Shown: piece by piece, positions 1 to 22,263 of the stretch
Position numbering within the stretch: position 1 is the first letter of the stretch
How the letters are laid out: every line of letters begins with the position of its first letter
From: Nitrospirales bacterium
GTDB lineage: Bacteria; Nitrospirota; Nitrospiria; Nitrospirales; UBA8639
Assembly: GCA_965203295.1 (NCBI GenBank)
Contig: CBDBCZ010000011.1
Location: 224,001-288,000 of the forward strand
Direction: 5' to 3'
Length of the DNA stretch: 64,000 nt
Notes under the pieces: generated by a model
What the model saw: only the letters and a program-made list of their open reading frames with translations
The model's database searches: none
Told to the model about the DNA's origin: nothing
Position numbers and translations under genes: made by a program

Positions 1-2882
1 TGTGAGCACCATCCCTTCCGTGTTTCCTTGGGAATGAACTAAAAGGTACGTCGGTTTACCTATTTTGCAAAAAAAGAGAAATAACAATCAAGCTTCTACA
101 ATGTCGTATAGTCAAGGGGATCACACTATGAAGTTCTCATACCCAGACAGTGCACATGTGGTGTTTTTTTTTTAACTGAAATTAAAAACAAAAAGTGTTT
201 TAGTACGAGCAAAAAATTTAGTTAATTATTATAACTAAAACTTCAAGGGTGGGAGTAAACTACGAATATAATCAACCCAACTAGTAACTCTTTTTATTTT
301 AGTTAAAACAAAATAAACTGGCTTTTTTTAAAATCTATTACTAGGTTGCATCATTTTGACATCAATCTATATAATTATATTTGATACTACAGATAAAGAC
401 TAATAGTTATCTTTACCTGCTACTGGCTTGCTCATGATCCTAACAAAACCAAAAGGTGAGGTTGGATCAAATTGGTAGAGTGTGTAGGCAAAACTGAAAT
501 CTGTGGCAGCAGAAATCTGAACTGAGTAAAGTCGTGATGAAGACACAGTTAGCTCCCATTCTCCATGGAGGTGACTGCTGTTGATAGTGGCAGTGTACAG
601 TACAGAAGACTGCAGCGATTCTTTAGGCTCAAACACATCTCCTGTGTAAATGAATACAACGATTCATGTATACGTTAACAAGAATAGTTTGATGGTATTG
701 AAATTCAAATGTACTGGACCAGGTACATCCCATATATCATAATATAATAATGTAGCACAGACATACTAACGTAGTCTAGCCCCATACATACTACTGGTTA
801 CAACCACGGAGCTGTGAGCAGGGGTATGATGTTACAAAGCTTCTCCCCTAATCTCACAAGAGTGGGCTGGCCTGGGTAATAGGTGTAGGCCCTAACCTGT
901 TTCAGCCAAAATTCAAACAATTTGGGTGTGTATACTTTTGTACATAATACTGAAGGACCATTCATTTACTAACCTCTTGGAGTCTTTACCATAGATGCGA
1001 CGGAATCCGAAGCACTATTTACTGAAATTGTCACTTCGCTAATTTTCTTATCAACAGGGAAAGTATAGGCAGAGGGAGACGTGGTGCTTGCAGCATAGAA
1101 TAGAATGGAGTTAGTACCTATAGCAGATAGCGTAGCTAGAGTTAGCACCGCTTTAATGTCACTGGGGTTAACACGAAGCACTTGCCCACCAGTGATACTA
1201 GCAATGCGGTCTATTTTAAGATCAGTTTCTCCACTAGACGTTGCAGTTGGTTGCTGTTCAGATTTGCATTTCTCGCAATCGCTCGGTGTTAAGATTGGGA
1301 AAATTTTTACACGCTTTACTGCAGCCAAGGCTTCTAGTACTGGGACCCGACTTGCATCGCTTGGAGGAGCTTCCGTAAAAAGGAATATGGGTGACGCTGG
1401 TTTGCTGGCCTGCACTGCATGGATCAGTGCTTCAACATACGGTCTCCGGCACTCTCCACCACCGATCACGAGCAGCTCTAGATCTCCAATGGCATGAGAG
1501 AATTTGTTTATGTCCCACGTAACAAATACTTCAGGTGGATCTGAAAAAGAAAGAGGCCATTGGCCAGTTGAACATGCTTTTTTATAGTGACTCTAAAATT
1601 TAACGAGGGGACAAAATTACCTACCTTGATTGTTGAAAGTAACGAGAATGAACTGGAACAATGTAGTCTGCTCAAATGATGCTATTATCTCCTTCACCCG
1701 AGTGACCGCAGCCTTTATTTCATTTTTTATTCCTAAACCAACTGTTGTGTCAATAACATACGTAATACTGACAACAGAAACTGGGTCTGAGTCGGGAATC
1801 TCGATATTCAGGAAAGCAGCAAACTTGGTATCATTCCCAACATCACTTCTGATACCACGAATGATCTGTACACTAGACTTGAGTGCAACTCTGGCAGCTT
1901 CTGCATGGAGATCAGCATGTGGAGACCAAGAAAATGCTTCCGAATCCTTGTTTATTCCGCCTGTTGCTGGCATGTCACTGGTTAGGTCAAGGTGTCCTCC
2001 ATGACTGCACTTTCCTTTGGGTTTTATGATTTCCTTTTTGGAAGTGTCTAATTGGCCAGGATAGTAACCGCTTGTCAGAAATTTTCTGTTCACACTCTTG
2101 ATAACATTGGTGGAGCTGTCACAGTCGTAAAAGTACGCAGCCCTCCTTGGTCCTTCTGGTATTTCTTCCGCCCTAGCGCAGTCGTTACAGGTGGCCATTT
2201 CTTGCGGAGCGATTGTCTCCGGTGGAATCTCTAACCCAGGGACACCCAAAATCAAATATGGTGCAGAGTTTCCCATTTCTATCCAGTTCGAATGGCTGTA
2301 GAAGTCTTGTAGCGTGTGTAACAATTGCCCCAAATAGAGTCTAGCCAGCAAATACCTAGAAGTCTTGATGCTTTCAACTGCCAACTTTCTCAGCGCAACA
2401 AGCCTCTTTTGTCCATCCTCAAACTGCTCTGAATCAAAATGGGCTGCAGCAATAGTACCCACAGGACCGAGGTCTACCTCAACATTTGCATGACTGATAG
2501 TACTTATCACAGATTCATACGAGAAGAGAAGGCGATTCACTTGACAGGGAAGGAAGCTGCAACTGCCCTCATTTATGTTGCAGTAGTATGCCCTTATAAG
2601 CTTTGAAGTGCTCAGATCGACCGACTCTATAAGGTCAATGACCTGTTCTGTGCTGTTGAGCTGGACATCTGGGTTTGGGTGATCCCGGAGCATTTCAGCA
2701 GTCACCTGAAGCACTGCCTCTTCCGTCATGGCCCAGTGGGTGACAGAAGGGGGTCGAGCAAACTCGACAGGCCGGACTCTTCTGAAGTCAAAGTCCAACG
2801 GAGAGTGAGGGAGGAATGCAGCTACGGTGTTCAGGTAGCAGCATGCTACCGCCAGCGACAGAAGTGGAGTCACACGGCCCAT
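1..2882 (-). CDS. VWA7: VWA7-like secreted protein (HET-C-like N-terminal domain + VWA domain + downstream beta-rich region); 3' end lies outside the window
   Basis: Exons 2882-1625, 1540-974, 641-417 and 59-<1 join in frame at GT-AG boundaries. The N-terminus is a signal peptide (MGRVTPLLSLAVACCYLNTVAA/FLP). VWA7-family motifs: HFDSEQF, LGQLLHTLQDFYSHSNWIE, KCSHGG, GGINKD, then VWA strands VIDTT, ILVTFN, IGGGEC, IFLFTEA, IASITGGQV. Confidence 0.88.
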
Positions 2883-3246
2883 CTCATGATGCACAGTCAG
2901 TGGCGTGGGGACGACTGACCTCTTCGGGGTAGTGCCTTTTCCAGTCTCGCGAGCCAGCCGATGCCTACTACGTACTCGATAAATAGTGGGTGTAGCTTGT
3001 AAACCATTAAAAACTAGCGCCTCCGCAGAGCTATAGAGAGCGCATGCGTAGAGATCGCGCCGCGCCCTCGCTGAGACTACATGTACTAAATAGCCATGTG
3101 CCAAAATGAAATGCATAAATACTAGTAAGTATAGGTGTTTCCACATAATCTTATCTATATGCTTAGTTGCATCTTTCTGAGTCATGATGCACACACAACT
3201 ACAGGTATGCGTGAACTGATGCTACAACTGATTTTGGTCTGTTCTG

Positions 3247-12715
<9,469 letters not shown>

Positions 12716-13186
12716 AATGTTTATCGAGTCACGGACCGTGCCACACTGTCGTACACTAGTAGATGCTAGCTAACCTGAGGATGTCGTCCTGAAATTGAAA
12801 GGAGCAACGCGATATACCGAACATCCGGTATTAAATTTGGACTCGCCGTCGGGGCGACAAAAATCACCAGCCGGAGCGCGCGCAGCGCGCGAACGGCTGG
12901 TACTTAGATTGCTTTACGTTTTCAGCGTCTGTTTGTGCGTCCGCACTTATCACGTGCGCAATATAATACGTCATACGTTACTATGCAACTGCAGTTTATA
13001 GCAGCTTTTGGAGGTTTGCGGACCAAGCTACAGCAAGTAAAGGTAGTTTTGTGTTGCCTAGATGGCGAAAACCTGGTAGGCAGCCGTAAAGATCCTGTTT
13101 TGGTGGCGTATAGCTACTAACTGGAGGCGCATGACGAAACTACTGAGTCAGCACTTTCGCTGTACCGCTCTAGGAATATAGTTTAA

Positions 13187-13902
13187 GGTTACGGGATACT
13201 GACCCGCTTTGATTTAATAGTCTAGTGAGTGAACGATGAATATCTTTGCAACTATAGGCCCTATAGCCACGATCTTTTCAGCATTTATTCATGGCTACTA
13301 GTTGTGTACCCAGTACAGAAAGCTTGTCTGTGAGCCCCTCCCTTGTTTAGATAGCGGTAATGGAAGTTTCAGCTGTTCACAGTAATTTTTCTCGCCAAAA
13401 ATCGCTGAAGCCACTGCTGTTGCTAGGCCACTACAGCTCTCTAAGGATTCCTCACTATATTCAGGAGGGACTGACGGAGGCTTTTTTTTGTAGTTTCTCT
13501 CTGATACATGAGATATAGCCTCTTAAAGCTAAGAAGGTGGGGTCCAGAGCGCTCAGAGCCATACTTATCAACTTGCCATTCTGTTGATATAGATAATTGC
13601 TTCAAAAGCCTTCGTCAGTCCCTCGTGAATATAGTGAGGAATCCTTAGAGAGCTGTAGTGGCCTAGTAACAGCAGTGGCTTCAGCGATTTTTGGCGAGAA
13701 AAATTATTGTGAACAGCTGAAACTTCCATTACCGCTATCTAAACAAGGGAGGGGCTCACAGACAAGCTTTCTGTACCCAGTACACAACTAGTAGCCATGA
13801 ATAAATGCTGAAAAGATCGTGGCTATAGGGCCTATAGTTGCAAAGATATTCATTGTTCACTCATTAGACTATTAAATCAAAGCGGGTCAGTATCCCGTAA
13901 CC
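13187..13902. mobile_element. Foldback non-autonomous DNA transposon with ~300-bp inverted arms, TTAA target site and GG...CC termini (Kolobok-like)
   Basis: TTAA|GGTTACGGGATACTGACCCGC... at 13183 and ...GCGGGTCAGTATCCCGTAACC|TTAA ending 13906. Arms ~13187-13485 and ~13604-13902 are near-perfect reverse complements. Confidence 0.8.
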
Positions 13903-15276
13903 TTAATAGCTTGGCCTAAGCTGAGTTGTGTGTTGTACGGGAAAGGCGTCCGGCTGTTTTTTTAGACATGAAATGTCAGACTTGTTACAGCTACGTTACT
14001 TCAGTACAACTAATGCGTCACTAGTCTATACTTCTAACTCGTGTGAGTTTATTAGACACTTAAAAATAATACTGAAAATAGCCAAAAGAGAGTAAAATTA
14101 AATTACATGTATTGTGCATGTAATTTTGGTAACAGTCTCCCGAACTAGCATAAGCTTATAGAAAAGTGCTGATTCAGGGAATGCTGGGGTGTCTTGCGCG
14201 TGCATGCACATTAGCCTACGGTTACTACGTTGTTATTGTATTCTATAGATGAGAGACTCTTAGTACATGTAGTCAAAACACCATGCACTTCAAGTTAAGG
14301 TCTAACTCCTATATATACTCTGACCTCTGCAATTCAGGCAGCTATAACTACTAACTTATTAAGTATAGCAACAAGCTACATATTTGCAATAGCTACTCAA
14401 AATTTACCTTATTTGCCAATCACCCATGCATTTATTTTTGTACAAACTGTCTATGATGTAATAATTGTTTTGACTACTTAGTGAATATCTGATCTGAGTA
14501 GCTATGTATCAGTAGGAGTTAGACCACAAAGTGGTGATTGTTATTCCTAACATTTCATACAAATTATTATGTACAAATTGTGAGTCTTTATCTACATGTA
14601 CATGGGACTCAGCATTCCAAATGGAGGAGGTCAGTCCAGGAACTAGAACCTTCAGTAGTTCTATATTTTTATTGTATACTTTCATGAGGTGAGAGACTCT
14701 TAGTACATAAATGTGTGCATATATGACATGTAGTCAAACACCACTTCAAGGTACATGTACACAAATTTCCCCCTAATGCCTTCATTCTAATAGAAATGGA
14801 CATAAAAAGCTCACAGCTATATATTCTGGCAAGCTAACTAAGGAAGGAGTATGCAATTATCCCTGGCCCCTTCCTTGTGGTTTCCATGCAAGGCCCGTTT
14901 ATTAATAAGTAGACTAAGTTCCTCAATTCTCTCCCACCCAGGGTCCGTTCCATGGGGAGTGCCATTTGCCTGACAGTTTTCTCTAGTCAACCTGAAAGTG
15001 AAATTACTGCATGCAGAGAAGATAACATCAATCCATGTTCTTAAGAGTTGTGTCGTTGGTGCCCCTGTCAATGGTGCATAATCATCGGCACATACTAGTT
15101 GAGCAAGTTTGACGAGGAGCCCGACATGCACTCAGATGTGCTGGCAGGTTGTGGCTTCTTTGCGACTTTGTCCTTGCACTTGCTGCCTGCATATGGCAGC
15201 TAACTTGCCTCACCTGCTGAAGCTACCTACATCCTAGAATTTCCGTTAAAGACAGTACATTAGCATCCACTTATTT

Positions 15277-15413
15277 TTAGGGTTTGGGTTAGGGTTGGGT
15301 TAGGGTTTGGGTAGGGGCTAGGAGGCTAACCGTTGGGTCTAGAGCTGGCTACATGCAGTGCTTCAGTTTCAAGCTAGTCACTAGTTCACGAGTGTGCATG
15401 CACGTGTATTCCC
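15277..15413 (+). repeat. Short interspersed repeat with degenerate TTAGGG-like head; second copy at ~63170-63298
   Basis: GGGTTAGGG-like tract followed by shared ...gttgggt..gagct..ctag(t)..cacgagtgtg.atgca.gt..ttccc in both copies. Confidence 0.55.
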
Positions 15414-15419
15414 AATATT

Positions 15420-15903
15420 ATAGAGGGTGCTGTAGGTTTGAGAGAGGTGAGGGAGTCGGTGTCCCATTAAAGGAGCGAATGGTTGAGAGCTGTATTAAGG
15501 TGAAGGCCCCGTTGGTGGCAGAGGTGGCGCAAAGGGTGAGTTGGTCAAAGGTGTGGGATGCTTGCATGGACCTCGGGATTGGTTGCACGAGAGGTATACA
15601 GGTAAGGGTAATGTGCCATCACGGGCGTGGATCCAGGCCCTGCCCACTGTGTGACTGCTCCAGTGTGTCGCAGGACTCTCTGTTGGGCCACCTGCTGATG
15701 CAGCGTCGTGAATCTCTGGGATTGGCTCAAGCTTGCAGCGTGGAGGATGTGGTGTCTTCTGTGGCAGCCCTGCAGCTCATGAAGTTCATAAGATTCAAGA
15801 GCTTATTTCAGAACACTTTCCGTTAGTGTTACTACTGTATTATATTATTTGTTCGGCTATGGGCTCCTGGGGGGCGTGTCTAACTTGAACTTGAACTTGA
15901 ACT
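15420..15903 (+). mobile_element. 5'-truncated non-LTR retrotransposon 3' end (C-terminal CxxC...H region, 3' UTR, (ACTTGA)n tail)
   Basis: ORF tail SWSKVWDACMDLG...HHGRGSRPCPLCD...LLGHLL ends at 15826, followed by a tandem (AACTTG)n terminal repeat at 15882-15903, typical of LINE 3' ends. Confidence 0.65.
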
Positions 15904-16332
15904 ATACAACCATACATGCTAAAGTATTGTCTCTAACGACTTGTCATCCTAGAGTATAGATGAGAGTACCTTAGCATTGACAGTGATTAGATGAATTTCA
16001 TACCTGTTTTGAGGCCATTCTTATCACCGCTGTCCGTCCAAACCTTTTCAAAACCGTGTTTCCACTCCTTGTTGCCATAGTTCAACGGCAGGTAGGCGTG
16101 TGTAACGACGCTAAAAGATCGCTAATTTTCTGTAAAGTACATTGTAAGCAGTTGTCGCGTGAAAGACCTATCGATTCTGCTTAGCATAGGAGTGATATAC
16201 GTTACAGTAGCTTTAGATCAGCTATCGCACAAACTTACGATTGTGAACCCTAATTGAAATGATGACGTCATGCCGCTTGGCTGCGCGGCCCGCGCGCCCG
16301 GCCGGCCGGCCCGTGGCCCAGTCGTGACGTAA

Positions 16333-17160
<828 letters not shown>

Positions 17161-17569
17161 CAACATAACAAGTAGTCGGAGGAGTAACCGAGAGGCTGCG
17201 ACAAAGTTGATGCCTATTTATCATCTTATTGCATGGGGAATTCCTGTTTTGGTGGCGTTTCCTTTGCTGTGTACTGGAAAACTCCCATTTGCACCTTTTG
17301 TAGGTGGACTTTGGTGTTATGTGACGGTTCATGGGAGTTTCCAACATGTAGAACCGTTCTCAGAGAAGCACATCGCAGTTGCTGTCTCTGTCAAGTTGCC
17401 AGAGTTCTTTGCCTTTGTTATAATCGTGCTACTCTACTCAGCAACAGTCATTAACATCCGCAGACAGGTAAGTTTTAATACTTTCAGGCTAGTTAATGTT
17501 CCATTGCGCATGCCTGCCTATACAGTCTATACTTACGGTGCAGAATTAGAGTGTATATATATAGCCACC

Positions 17570-17718
17570 AATAGAGTGTTTACCATTATGATGTAATGTG
17601 GGTAGCAGGAGGCACTAAATTGAGGAAATACATGAAAACGTGCATGTTTTTAACATGAAAGCACATGTTTTCATGTAAATTTCCCATTCAATGCCTACCT
17701 TTACCCCCCATTACATCA
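17570..17718. mobile_element. Small TIR element
   Basis: AATAGAGTGTTTACCATTATGATGTAATG ... CATTACATCATAATGGTAAACAGTCTATT inverted termini. Confidence 0.6.
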
Positions 17719-18023
17719 TAATGGTAAACAGTCTATTGCCGTTAAATTTTGTAGGCCTCATGTATTTCAATAACAGTTACCATTTCGCTGATTACTCACA
17801 CTTAAAGGCAAGATTTGCTGGGCCCATTTTGTCAATTAATTGGGAGAATGTGTGAATTGATGCACAGTTAAAATTTGGGCATGTATTTCATTCAGCCAAT
17901 TAAGAAACGGTACTATTATATCATTGTCCTGTAGTACATGTTACAGTAGCTGTGTGTAGATTACCAGATGATGGAAAGTATGTAGAGCCTTGTAGCCCTG
18001 AAAGCCATACTATCAAAAGGCAA

Positions 18024-18203
18024 TACAGTGGAACCCCTCCTAAAGGACACCCCTGAAATAAGGACACCTTTGTATAAAGGACACTTTGCTATGTCCCAAA
18101 TATGCTTTCATAATATAAATCTACCCCTGAAATGAGGACACCTCTCTATACAGGACACTTCACCAGGTCCCCAAGGTGTCCACAATAGAGGGGTTCCACT
18201 GTA
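18024..18203. mobile_element. Tc1/pogo-type TA-flanked MITE (TACAGTGGAACCCCTC); relatives at ~10055-10216, ~37850-38032, ~53131-53326
   Basis: TACAGTGGAACCCCTC...GAGGGGTTCCACTGTA termini with internal AAGGACAC repeats shared by the other copies. Confidence 0.75.
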
Positions 18204-20316
18204 TATCCATATTGTTTTGTTGTGCCCTCAAAGCAGCTAGGGCAATAACAGGCTCTTGCCCTGTGGCTTACCCAGAGCAGGGCAATAGCTTGTTATTGTC
18301 CTAGGTTGCCAGCTGCACACATGAAGGAAGCCCCTGCTTCACACAGACAGGAAGCTGTAGCAGTGGGGCTGTAATAGCGCACCTGTGCAATAGTGCCCTG
18401 GGCTTTGTCCTCTGGCCCTAATTAGTTATTGCACTAGCCACTATAAATTTCATTTCAACGTACATTACCATGGCAACCACTTTTCCCCACACTTATAACA
18501 CTCCAAGGAGGCCACATACATGCAGGGATCACTGCTATATATACCAATGTACATTAAAGGACAGTTTTGGTGAGTGGTTAAACTCCTCAGCTTCGCCTCG
18601 GACTTTAAACTCCCCTCACCCAAACTGATCTTCAACTAATACATATAGCCCTTGGTGGTGTGATTACATAACATTGTACATATATACAGTAATTGGTCCA
18701 TCCATGGTAATTATTGTTGTGTGGTATTGTGATGCTTGTGAAAATTCCCCTTTCTGAAGGAACATGGGGTGGTTAATATGCATCAAATGAACAACAACCA
18801 TAACATAAATTACCGTGGGTTGACAGTGTCCTTCAAGCTAGGCAAATATATTCCAGTTCGTTGTACTTGCCGGTTGCAGTTTACTATACTTTAAATTTTT
18901 CTAGATCTGAGATCTCTCTTTCTCTTCTCAAGATTATTTACTAGTCTATTACATTAAATTTGTCTAATGTAGTATCATTACTATAATGCATTACCTCTTT
19001 AATATGCAGGTCAAAAGCAGCAGTGATCCTAACGAGTCAAGTGGTTTTGTCAGAGTCAATAAAATTCTAACTCTCATCCCGATTCTCTTCATAATCCTGC
19101 GCATATGGAGTTTAGTACAGTACTTCTATACTATCTCCATTGCCAAGCGACACCCCAATGGCTGTGTCCCACATAGACTGAAAACAGGGTACCTTACTCT
19201 TGGAATATTGCAGGTGAAGTCTAACTCTACTTATATGGGAGAAGAAATATATTATGTATATACATGAGCCTAATGCATGTATTATTGCTATAGGTATACC
19301 CATGCAGATGTGTAGTAGTAAATTTCTCCATGGCAGTGAGAAAAAGAAGTGGGCAAGGAATAACTGGGAAAGTTATGCAACCAGCCACACACATGCATGC
19401 AGCGTGGCCAAATTTTTGACCATCATTGTTTTGTAACTTCTAATGAGAAATGTATGAGGTCCATCTTCTAAACAATAGACTGAGAACCATTCAACTTCAA
19501 GGCTATAGGAATCATTCCATGACCAATACCTTAAATAGAGTGAAGGATAGCTGTAGTCTGCATAGAAACACAGTAATGCTGGAACTAATAGCCGTATACA
19601 ATGGCTGAGAATAGGCACATATACTGTGACCATAAAACTCACAATGTTTTGTGGACGTTTCTTGTAACATGATGCTCTTTCACTTTGTGTGGACTATACA
19701 AGCCTATGTCTATTTACATAATGGCATTGTGTCTTCTCATACAGGCAATTGGAGGTGGTGGGCAAGGCTGGGTCAATGCAATTCTCTACATTTTTCTATC
19801 ATCCACTATCAGAACCCGCCTATTTAATCCACGGAGATATTTTACCAAGACCGTACAGGATACACCAAGCACAACATACTTCAGCCCTCCCATTAGTAGT
19901 AATTATAAAACATTTAGCTCTTCTGGTTTGCTATAGAAGAGTCATGTTCACTATATTTTGTTATATCATTCGCTTTACTCAGATGGCATACGTGTATAGT
20001 CATCATGTGAAGATTTTTGTTGTTTGAGAAGTAGAATCACGCTAACCCTCCCTGATCCTATAGCCTCGTTCCCAGCCCACAATCAGAGCTAAGGATCACT
20101 TATATACAGTATCCCCCTTGATATAAAGAGTTCAAATTTCACAGCTAATTTCTAAACCAACATTAATCTCAGGGTCTGTAGCTACCTATAATGGTAGTTC
20201 GTATAGGTATATAATATGACTCAAAAATTGAACACATCACATGTGTACCAGCTATACGTATACAAATCTTTACACACTGACTAACAGTTTCATCAGCTGA
20301 CTAGTCTGCAGCTGTG

Positions 20317-20722
20317 CATTGTCTGACCAGCACCACCAGCCTGGGCTCTCTGATAGAGCGGATTAAGCGTTCACGGGTTTCAGAATCTGGGAACCGGGCG
20401 GTACACATCTCCACCAGGAGGACTCTGAAGCTGAAGATGCTGGATTATTGCTGGGCTTGCCCTCTGGAGCAGCATACACGGCGTTACCAGGACCAGCCAT
20501 TCTCAGCTGTTGGAGGAAGTTGACTGAGCCATATTCCAACTGTTGTCAGGGTCGTGATCCCCGCAGAACATTGGCACTACTCACATTGCGATGAAGAGGA
20601 GTAAGTTGGGATGACGAATTGGCTGTTCACGTTAATATTTCTGATGAATGGTCTGACTATATAGAGACATTTGGCAGCAACCTGGGGCCCCCTAACTTTT
20701 GCAACTTTCACCTCTTCCCAAA
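20317..20722 (-). pseudogene. Heavily deleted protein kinase pseudogene
   Basis: Minus-strand fragments in shifting frames: EVKVAKVRGPQVAAKCL, IRHPNLLLF, HRNVSSANVL, YGSVNFLQQLRMAGPGNAVYAAPE, IFSFRVLLVEMCTARFP, RLVVLVRQC. Several subdomains between these are missing. Confidence 0.7.
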
Positions 20723-21502
20723 CTCTAATTATAAGTCATGCAAACATTGCTAGCTATAGTTACATTGATCAGTGTGAGCCTGTTTCTACTGGACAAATCC
20801 TTACAGTGTGGGTGAGAAAGTTGGCCTACACAAGCCAGTGACCTGCTGCACATGCAAGCCAGTGATATTCCTACTGATGGAGGCCATGCTACATAGAACT
20901 TTAAAAAGTAATAGCACGCACATGTTGTTTGCCAAACTTTTCTTATTATGTTCATTAACAATAATGATTGTAGATAATAATTATATTATCTACATACATG
21001 TCACAATACAATACACGTATACACTTGTAGATCTTGTTTCGCCGAACTTTTCAGATATTTGTAAACCTTGGTATTATTATCATAACACAATGCATTGTAT
21101 AACTGTGATAAAGTCTTTTATTTTCAATCTCGATATTCACCAGAGTACAAGGTGTGCTGACACAAAGTTGTATATACACTGTACAACAGTTGTAATAAAG
21201 ATACAAAATATACATATTGTGACGCCCAAAAAAAACAGCAGACATGCAGCTAAAGGGTTATGACATCAGCAGAGTACGGATAGCTATAAGACCTTATTTG
21301 ATTGGAAGCCTGATTATCAAAGCCACCAGCTATATTAAAAGTGTTTGCTAGAGTTTAAGGTCTATGTTCTGGTGTTACTGACAGTGACAAACACGAGATA
21401 TCCCACTGGTAAGGCCAAGTGATTCTTTGCCTGTATAAATTATAGATCAATCTAATTAAGTTATTTGGAGAGCAAAATGCCATACCCAGTAGCCATTACT
21501 TC

Positions 21503-21637
<135 letters not shown>

Positions 21638-22263
21638 GGTTATGGAGTGGATTGTGTGAATTGTCCTATTGACTTGTGGCCATGGGTTGTTGTTTGAGTT
21701 TCAACACATCACAAGCATGGATTGCTGTGGGTCAAAGTAGCCTCGACCCCAGGCCTTCCACACAGATTTTTTTTGCAGCCGTAGCAAAAATCGCTCACCT
21801 CAAACCCAGGCTTCCACGCAGATTTTTTTTGCAGCCAGCGATTCTTGCCATGGCTGCAAAAAATCTGCGTGGAAGGCCTGGGTTCAAGGCTATGTCAAAG
21901 AGTGTGAAAGCATTTACCAATACAGATGATTAAAGTGGATCACTAAGGTGAATCTATGTAGAGGTAGGCAGAGGAAGACTCAGAGGAAAGTAGCTAATGT
22001 TGCCTCAGTTATCTAGCTATGTAGGTGAAACTCAAACAATAACCCACTAGTCAATATGGCACTTACACGGCGTTCCATGACACATACATGTATAAATAAT
22101 ATTATGTAGCTAGCTATGTCTAGTAATTATGCCTGATTGGCTAAAACAAATCCAGCCCCTCCATTGAACAACAGGAGAGGGCTTCGGTCTTGAAGCTGGG
22201 CTAGAGGTAGAACGTCAGCATGTGCGTGCTTTACACAAGACACTCCCATTCCTACGCACAGTC

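Larger units (their letters stand above)
17163..19936 (+). pseudogene. GPR157: GPR157 / cAMP-receptor-like GPCR, TM4-TM7 only; 5' half absent at the retrotransposon junction
   Basis: Exons ~17163-17467, 19010-19213 and 19745-19936 join in frame: YHLIAWGIPVLV, GLWCYV, KLPEFFAFVIIVLLYSAT, NKILTLIPILFIILRIWS, LQAIGGGGQGWVNAILYIFLS. No TM1-3 coding sequence was recognised upstream. Confidence 0.7.

Noticed and set aside
2883..3194. N-terminal ~100 aa of the 525-aa ORF
   Set aside because: A signal peptide begins at ATG 2882; the upstream in-frame stretch is probably promoter or UTR.
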